From positions 85,312,001 to 85,376,000 of the forward strand of contig OX597816.1 in assembly GCA_951406725.2 (NCBI GenBank): 64,000 nt of DNA, read 5' to 3'. Origin of the DNA: Octopus vulgaris. Its lineage: Eukaryota. How positions within the stretch are numbered: the first letter of the stretch is position 1; each line of letters opens with the position of its first letter. Under the pieces are notes generated by a model. That model was not told the DNA's origin. It made no database searches and worked only from the letters and a program-made list of their open reading frames with translations. Shown here in pieces: positions 55,053 through 64,000 of the stretch. A program made the position numbers and the translations under genes.

Positions 55053-56666
55053 ACTTTATTTTAGCAGCAGAAAATTTGATTGGTAAACATATATATTAAT
55101 TCAATCTATACTTACAAACGCTACATCTTTAAAAAGAAATGGACTTGTTTGATTGGCCCTTTAGAAAAAACGGTCATCTTCGAGCGGTAAACAAAAGGTC
55201 AAAAATATATGTATATATATATAAAAAAACTTATAAAAATTATAAAATCTGAGGAAAAAACCGAGGAAAAAACCTATTGCCGTTAATAAATATAATGCAT
55301 ATATACCTGTTATAAATACTGCAATACATATTTATATTAAAATCCACATATATATATCAACATACACAAAAGGATGCGCGTAAACGCCATACATACATAT
55401 ACAGACGTATGAATATGAATCTAAATTATACATAAAAGCATGTGTACATATATTCACGCAAACCGTCTCGCACGCAAGCTAAAATTCATCTATGTAGCAA
55501 TTCTCATATACTGAGCAAGAGGGGAACGAAAGAAAGGAAAGAGAAAAGGAACGAAGGAGGGGTGGGGAAAAAACTTGTAGCGATATTATTGCCATCTATA
55601 GAGGCCAGTATACATACAGAAGTTTGAATTGATACATATACATACCGTCGTGTGTATGCGTGCTTAAGCACAAGTATACTTTCACTTACACATACACAGA
55701 TACGCATGCTACAAATACATATGCTTTGCTATATACAAACTTATATATTTTTATTAATGCACCCATTTTTTAAAAGCAATGTTTTTTTTTAAAAAAAGCA
55801 ATGTTGTCAAATTTAGAATGTTTATATAAGTTTGTGTATAGCAAAGCATATGTATTTGTAAGCATGCGTATCTGTGTATGTGTAAGTGAAAGTATGCTTG
55901 TGCTTAAGCACGCATACACACGACGGTATGTATATGTATCAATTCAAACTTGTGTATGTATACTGGCCTCTATAGATGGCAATAATATCGCTACAAGTTT
56001 TTTCCCCACCCCTCCTTCGTTCCTTTTTCTCTCTTTCCCTTTCTTTCGTTCCCCCTCCTTGCTCAGTATATGAGAATTGCTACATAGATGAATTTTAGCT
56101 TGCGTGCGAGACGGTTTGCGTGAATATATGTACACATGCTTTTATGTGTATAATTTTGATTCATATTCATACGTCTGTATATGTATGTATGGCGTTTACG
56201 CGCATCCTTTTGTGTATGTTGATATATATATGTGGATTTTAATATAAATATGTATTGCAGTATTTATAACAGGTTTAATTTCTATGCATTAATTTGTACT
56301 GTCTTCATTAACGGCAATAGGTTTTTTCCTCGGTTTTTTCTCGGATTTTATAATTTTTATAAGTTTTTTTATATATATATACATATATTTTTGACCTTTT
56401 GTTTACCGCTCGAAGATTGACCGTTTTTTCTAAAGGGCCAATCAAACAAGTCCATTTCTTTTTAAAGATGTAGCGTTTGTAAGAGTATAGATTGAATTAA
56501 TATATATGTTCCATTCTAGCAAAAACTGTCTGATGAACGGCAACGAGAAACTCAGAGTAACAGATTTTGTTGAATTTTCTGCTGCTTAAAATAAAGCATA
56601 TTACTCTACCAGTGGTATTTGAGTACTCTTTTTTCCACCTTGTTTCACATTTATGTGTTTACTCCG

Positions 56667-56670
<4 letters not shown>
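55053..56670. mobile_element. Second palindromic PLE pLTR insertion in (TA)n: inverted arm 55053-55748, direct arm 55822-56670
   Basis: Same family as 39526-41139; arms reverse-complementary over ~700 bp with a ~70-bp spacer. Confidence 0.85.
56521..56568 (+). ncRNA. Minimal type I hammerhead ribozyme
   Basis: aaaaactgtCTGATGAacggcaacgaGAAActcagagTAacagatttt. Confidence 0.8.
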
Positions 56671-56731
<61 letters not shown>

Positions 56732-57101
56732 AATTTTTTGATATTTAAATGCAAATTAAATTTCATGCATATTCAATTTCAATATATTTAAGACAGAAAA
56801 GAAAGAATTAATGAATTTTCAATGAATTGGTCAATACGCATTATCTACAACATATCTATTGAAAATAAACTTTAGAATATGTCTCTGTGTACATTATTCT
56901 ATCGTTGTGTAAGTCGATATGTTGCAGTGTGCATGCAAATTGATATTTAGTATTTCATCTATCAATATATGCAAATGTGCTTCGTTTCAGTCTCTTTATA
57001 CCTCGAACTTAAGACCGTTGAATCATAACCTATACGTTGTATTGGGCCTATTGCAAAATTTACTATTTTCCTTGCCTCTATTGAAATGTCTAAGTTACAT
57101 T

Positions 57102-58380
57102 TACGAGGGACGTTCAATAAGTAATACCTCTGACCCACTTGCAGTTGTTTGATCTAGCTAAAATTTTGCATGTGCAATCATTTATATCTCTATAGAGAAC
57201 GTGGCTCGGAATTAATTGTGGTTTCTGATTTACAGGTGTTTGAACCGAGTCAAGTGTGAAATGGAGCCTGTTGAGTGTCGAGCAGTGATCTGGTTTTTGT
57301 ATTTGAAAGGACGCACACCACGGGAGACTTTTGATGAAATGAAAGTAACTTATGGTGATGATGCCCCATCATATGACCTTGTAAAACGCTGGCATCGTGA
57401 ATTCAAACATGTTCGGAACTCTGTGGAAACAGCTCCCAGATCTGGTCGCCCCGCTTCTGCCATTGATGAGGCATCTGTCCGTCAAGTTGAGGCTGCCAAT
57501 TTGGAAGATCGACGCATAAATATTCGCCAAATAGCCCATGAGGTCAAGATTAGTACCGGGTCTGTGGAAACTAAACCATTTGCATATGCAAAAGGTGTCT
57601 GCCAGATGGATTCCCAGGTTGCTCACGCCTTTCCAGAAGCAAGAACGCGTCGAGTGCTCGAGGGTGAATTTGGAGTTGTGCTAAGAAGATGAGTCAAAAT
57701 TTTTCAAAAGACTGATTACACAGGATGAAACCTGGGTCCATCACGATGATCCAGAGACCAAAGCCCAGTCAATGCAGTGGAAGCACCGTAACTCACCCCT
57801 CCAAAGAAGGCAAGGATGCAGCTCTCCGCTGGCAAGGTCATGCTCAGAGTCTTCTGGGACCAGGATGGAGTAGTGATGACAGATTTCCTGGCAAAGGGTA
57901 CCACAATTGCAGGAGCCTATTATGCTTCACTTTTGAGGAAATTAAGAGAAGTTATCAAAATCAAGAGGCGGGGCAAGACCAGCAAAGGCATCCTCCTCCT
58001 GCAGGACAACGCTCCGGTCCACAATTCGCTTGTCGCCAGATCAGAAGCACAGGCGTATGGCTATGAACTCCTCCCCACCCCACCCCTGCTTTCCTGACCT
58101 TGCACCCTCTGATTTTCACCTCTTCCCAATCATGAAGTTGTTTTTGAAAGGAAAGCGTTTCCCAGATGATGCAGCCTTGATTTCTGAAGTCACGTTGAGG
58201 TTGGAGGACCAAGCTGGGTTCTTCTACAAAAACGGTGTCCAGAGCCGCATCAAACGATAGGAGAAATGCGTAAATCTAGGTGGTTCCTATGTAGAAAAAG
58301 ACTAATAACTGTTCCAAGTTTTGTTGCTCTACTGCTATGGGAAGTGGGTCAGGGGCATTACTTATTGAACGCCCCTCGTA
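57102..58380 (+). mobile_element. Full-length mariner (DD34D) transposon with frameshifted transposase
   Basis: TA-cgagggacgttcaataagtaatacctctgaccca ... tgggtcaggggcattacttattgaacgcccctcg-TA (TIRs and TA TSD, ~1.28 kb); motifs PRSGRP, WIPRLL, QDETWV, LQDNAPVH, PDLAPSDFHLF spread over several frames. Confidence 0.95.
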
Positions 58381-58704
58381 GATATTTAATCTAAATTTTC
58401 AATTCAGGGGCATTTATATTAACGGTTGCCTGGATTTGTCATTTATATTAACATCATCCAGCTGATGAGGAAGCTACCATCTCTTTCAGCCTTGCTCGTC
58501 GGATTGTGAACGTTGATTAAAATAAAACGCTGCTTGAGGACAACCTACTTGCATATATACAAATAGATGCAAAAGCGTTTAACATACACATGTATTTACA
58601 CTCACACACACGTGTATAGATACATATATGTTTGATGTATATATATATATATATATGAAAAAACAAGTCAACATAGAAAATGCTAAAATAATTTTATAAA
58701 GAAC

Positions 58705-58750
58705 ATTTCAGTACCGGTTTCGGTCATTTTGAGACCTTTTCAACTGTAAC
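58705..58750 (-). ncRNA. Hammerhead ribozyme variant (U3-A8 core)
   Basis: Minus strand: gttacag TTGAAAA ggtc-tcaaaat-gacc GAAA ccgg TA ctgaaat. Confidence 0.65.
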
Positions 58751-58897
58751 GATTAAATAATTAAATTTGGAAAAATTAAAAGAAAAGTTTTTTTAAAGGA
58801 ATATTTGTATAGTGTTCAAATATAAGTGGCATTCTGCCTTTCTCTGTCTCCCTTGTTTGCACTTGTGTGTTCGAGATCCGTTGTGAATTCTTGTTGA

Positions 58898-58898
<1 letters not shown>

Positions 58899-58952
<54 letters not shown>

Positions 58953-59305
58953 TAAATATCTGTTTCTTTACTACCCACAAGGGGTTAAACATAGAGTGCA
59001 CAAACACGGACAGACAAACGGATTGAGCCGATTACAACGACCCTGAGTGCGTAGCTGGTACTTAATTTATCGACGAAAGGATGAAAGGCAAAGTCGACCT
59101 CGGCGGAATTTGAACTCAGAACGTAACGGCAGACGAAATACGGCTACGCATTTCGCCCAGCGTGCTAACGTTTCTGCCAGCTGGCCGCCTTATACATATA
59201 TAAATATCGAAACACGCAGAGTCGAAACAGGGGCAGCTGAAGAAGGGGAATGTTCCCTCTGTTGTTTGTCTTGTACTCTATTTTTTCGTTGTTAAAAGAT
59301 GTCCG

Positions 59306-59394
<89 letters not shown>

Positions 59395-59732
59395 TAAATA
59401 TCTGTTTCTTTTTACCCACAAGGGGTTAAACAGAGTGCACAAACACGGACAGACAAACGGATTGAGCCGATTACAACGACCCCAGTGCGTAGCTGGTACT
59501 TAATTTATCGACCCCGAAAGGATGAAAGGCAAAGTCGTACGGCGGAATTTGAACTCAGAACGTAACGGCAGACGAAATACGGCTACGCATTTCGCCCGGC
59601 GTGCTAACGTTTCTGCCAGCTGGCCGCCTTATACATATATCAATATCGAAACACGCAGAGTCGAAACAGGGGCAGCTGAAGAAGGGGAATGTTCCCTCTG
59701 TTGTTTGTCTTGTACTATAAAAGATGTCCGTT
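58899..59732. repeat. Tandem duplication (~410-430 bp units), each unit (TA)n plus a minus-strand family B SINE (58960-59190, 59401-59630) plus flank
   Basis: Near-identical units; SINE head aaggcggccagctggcagaaacgttagc...gagttcaaattcc and Meta core gcctttcatcctttcggggtcgataaattaagtaccag. Confidence 0.9.
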
Positions 59733-59847
59733 TACTTGTTTTGTTTCTAGTTTTCGTTTCCCGTTGCGTTCTACGTTTATTTGTGGTGTGCTGTACTCAT
59801 ATATGCATGTATATATATACAGATGTAGGCTTGTACACATATGTATG

Positions 59848-59920
<73 letters not shown>

Positions 59921-60061
59921 TAGTCTTTGTCAAACCCACGCAATGGTTGTATGGTACCCCTGAAAAATTTCGATATTAATCTGGAAATCGACACTGTTGA
60001 CCGCGCAAAATTCAAGTTGCGTGCTTCAATAGAAAGACCCTATTAAGACATTACACATGTA

Positions 60062-60134
<73 letters not shown>

Positions 60135-60263
60135 GAACCTTAACCGATCAGTCGATTGCATGCTAACTATCTGGTAATATCTAACGTATATTTTACCCTT
60201 AATTTGAAAATACACACACACACAATACACACACATACATACATACATACATACATACATACA

Positions 60264-60299
<36 letters not shown>

Positions 60300-60884
60300 T
60301 ATACTTAGACAGAGACTCACACATATCTGTGTACAATGCAACGGGAATGAAATGGGAATGACCGTTAATTAATAATTAATAATCATGTTTCACCTTTAGG
60401 TCTAACCTCCCCATTCTCATAAACAACCAGTATCTATTGAATTCGTTATGTGAAGGTATGTGCGCCAAACCACACACATGCGTATGATGATATCTTCGTA
60501 GGTGTTTGTATGAGCGAGCAGATATGCGCGATACAACCTACACGAGTGTGCTTATACAGCCATATCCATAAACAGTTATATTTAATACTTTCTTCACTGC
60601 ATTGTGTACTCGTTTCTTTTTTGTCTCAGTTATTTTTTATTATTGATCTTGTATATAAAGGAAGCGATACCTTTTAATTTGCTCCTTTACTTTACACGAA
60701 CCGGGAAAATACATTGCGGAACAGTCGTAATTATAATGAATTATATCTAAGTATCCTCTGAAGAGATACATCTGCACCGACGTATTCTCATGAACTGGTT
60801 GTTAAGTATTCGATTCGTTGGGTCGAAATATTTGAAGTGATTAATAAATATTCTCGTATCTTCCATCTCTTGCCTCTCTTATTA

Positions 60885-60944
<60 letters not shown>

Positions 60945-60974
60945 TATGTATATGTATGTGTGTATATATATATA

Positions 60975-61507
60975 TTTCAATCAGGTCTTTCTGCAGTTTT
61001 ATGATGTCCTCTGGGTTCCTAACTGTCTGCAATACTTTTGTATCATCAGCATAACTTGTGAGACGGCTGACTACCGCGGAGTACCACCATAAATGGTAGT
61101 GGCCCAAGTACAGTTTCCTCTGGGACTCCGCTTAGAATTGGAGTACTCTTCATAGTGAAGTACAATGTCTTCCGCCCTCAGGTCATGTGCACTCTCTCAA
61201 AGCTTGTGACATATCATGCCATGATCAACCTTGTCGAAGGTCTTGGCAAAGTCGAGGTATATCACTTCTACAGCTGACTGGTTCAGGTGTTGTTTCAGTG
61301 CCCAATCAAAGTGCAGCAGCAGCAGCTGGGTGAAGCGGCTCCTACCTGGACGAAGCCATGTTGTGTATTTGTGAGGTTGTTTTCTTCTCGGAAGGCGATC
61401 AGCCTTTTTCTAACAATGCGTTCCATTGTCTTGCTAACATGTGAGGTCAGAGCGATGGGCCTGTAGCTTTTAGCATCTGCTCAGCTCCCTCCTTTATGGA
61501 CAGGGCT
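60975..61507 (-). mobile_element. CR1-group LINE RT fragment
   Basis: Minus strand YRPIALTSHVSKTMERIVR, VIYLDFAKTFDKVDHG, SGVPEETVLGPL, LTSYADDTKV. Confidence 0.88.
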
Positions 61508-63661
61508 AAAAGCCCAATTTACATTGAAACGGACTTCGTGTAACTATCAAGTGGAATTCTACTGGGCATTTGAATCGTATCATGAGTTGTACTATTTCTT
61601 CAAAGAAGCTGTAGAAGATTATGAGCGGTAACATTTAAAGGAGAAAGTGTAAATAAGAATCTTTATAATACCAAAATTTTCACAATTCATTACCAAACAT
61701 TTACGCCAACGGGTCAAGTTGTTAGGGTAACAGCAAACTACTCTTTCCATCGACAATGAAACTGATATATTAAATGTAAGACGTAGACAGACACTAACAA
61801 CACTTATACCGAAAAAATCCTGCCGCAGTTACACAGGCAATGGGTCGCTGATTAAGAAAAGAAAGAATTCAAAATACTACTCTTTCTATCGACGAAACTG
61901 ATATATTTATATCAGACACGAACTCACGATTATACCGAAATCCTGCCGCAGGTAAAGTAGTTGTTTTATCCTGCTCAATGAAGTTGTTATAGAGTAGCTA
62001 CTACAGATTAATGCTCTCACTTTTTGAAGATTGAATGCTCTAAAAAAATGTGTTGAAGTTAAACTTTTACCAGTTCACAGAAGTATCAGATTATTCTAAC
62101 GAAGATGTCACAAAAAAAAAAAAAAATACTACAGAAATTTATAAATGATCAACTTCCCATATAATAAATCTTATTTTGAGGAGAGATTGTCCTGATAATC
62201 ATACGAATATCACACGAGGCTGACAATATATTCACATCATCAAAATAACAAAGGATACTGGTGAAAAGTCCTGTAAAAGCTGCAACCTGTTGCAACACAA
62301 AATGCCATACATTGTTCGATGTTAAAGGAAGCGGAAAGCCTGTTAAAGGAAGCAAAAAGCCCGGCAGATATGAACGTTTAGCTCAAGATTGAAGGAAACA
62401 TCATACTTAAAGCAGAAATAATAACATAGTATTCTTTTGACTAGGTAAAAGATATTTATTTGTATATATCGTTGGCGTGTACTGGACAATCCTTAAATTT
62501 GCTATTTCTTACATTAAGATCACCGCTTCAGTATGTACACATAATCCCATATACTTCTGAAATACACGCGGAAACTCTCCTACAGCTATAGATAGTAATA
62601 CAAATCACGTGATTAAATATTAAAATGACATATGCAATTTTACCCACAGGGTACATATATGCAAACATTTATCTTTATTTACATAAACCGTAAGAACTGC
62701 GAAGAGTTTAATGATTACAATCTTGCCACTTCATTACTGAGCAACGTGTCTTCTAGAGATGAAAACCCTAAATAAATACCAAAGAAACCTACATATATTC
62801 ATATCTGCATAGACATGCATACTGAAGTTGTTTGCTCATGTAAAAATGTAGCATTCTAGAAACGGAAAAATACATTGGATGTCCTTATCATTCTAAATGT
62901 TATTATATGGTGCGAGAACAAAGCTAAGATTGCACGATTCGCGAATCGAAACCGCCAGTGCCAGTTAAACAATTATTGATTCGTTTGTATATAACCGTGG
63001 ATCAGATCATTTTAGCAAAAGTGAAACATAATGAAGTGGAATGAAATATATAATTAAACGTGTATAAATATATGAGTTTTGCCTGAATGATTTTATGATA
63101 TTAAGGCTTCGACAAATAAATGTACGAATGAATGAATGATTAAATTGTGAAAGTAATCGATATTATATAGGCGGTTCAACGAAAATTCATACCAAAAAGA
63201 GAAGAGGTAAAAGTAATACCTACAGGATATTTGGATAAATATCAACTTTGGCATATAGCGAATGTTAAATACATTCTGTTGAAGTGATTGAATGTAATGT
63301 CTTGGAATTTAGATTAATATAGTTTTCAGCTCCAAAACTAGTCAGCTTGGCACATTTATTTCCACCTTCAACAGTTGGTATGCAGAACATCACACTATGT
63401 GTATAATGCACATTGACATACACATACACAAAGAAATATATAAAAATATACATATTTTAAAATATAGTTAGCATTCTGTCTCAAGAAAAAAAAAGTATAC
63501 ACGAACACGGAAACTCAATATTACGAAAGCATAAACTCGGGAGTTTAGTCAAATCCACTCATATAAATACACATGCATACTTACATACATACATACATAT
63601 ATATACACCTACAAACATATATGTATATGCATATATATTCTTATATAGATGCAAAAATATT

Positions 63662-63696
<35 letters not shown>

Positions 63697-63773
63697 GTAT
63701 GTATATACATATATATATCTTATATATATATATATATATATAGTGAGAGAGAGAGAAGGAGAGAGATGGATAG

Positions 63774-63834
<61 letters not shown>

Positions 63835-64000
63835 TTATATATAAATATGCATTTGCACGTGTTCAGAAATGTTTATATTCATGCATTCATAGGGAGAAAT
63901 CTTCTCATACATCTATTGAAGCACACATCCGCACTTATAACCATACTCATTAAATCACGCATAGTATCTTCATATAGATATATACATATACGCCTATTGT

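Noticed and set aside
58460-58520. CTGATGA/CTGAAGA hits at 58462, 46439, 9636 and 60758
   Set aside because: No properly placed GAAA with paired stems II and III; at best heavily decayed

Overview
AT-rich, microsatellite-dense eukaryotic DNA with very many (TA)n, (CA)n, (AAT)n, (AAG)n and (AGT)n arrays. The repeat repertoire looks like a cephalopod (Octopus-like) genome; this is an inference from the repeats, not confirmed. I found no intact host gene, rRNA, tRNA gene or CRISPR array, and most ORFs in the track are microsatellite or antisense artefacts. The window is mostly transposon remnants: three tRNA-headed SINE families; four CR1-group LINE fragments; six R4/Dong-type RLE non-LTR fragments sitting in trinucleotide arrays; Penelope-like element (PLE) RT and GIY-YIG fragments; a full-length but frameshifted mariner; a non-autonomous Helitron; and MITEs. 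The most notable observations are: (1) two ~1.6-kb palindromes built from one non-coding PLE terminal repeat carrying a minimal hammerhead ribozyme, one of which also keeps a putative 5' UTR with a GT-AG intron; (2) several further unrelated hammerhead-like motifs, including a U3-A8 core variant; (3) a LINE 3' stem-loop shared, with compensatory changes, by the commonest SINE; (4) four decayed reading frames that match no transposon I recognise and may be endogenised viral sequence; (5) two short inverted duplications each bracketing about 1 kb. All calls come from reading the sequence by eye; no searches were run.
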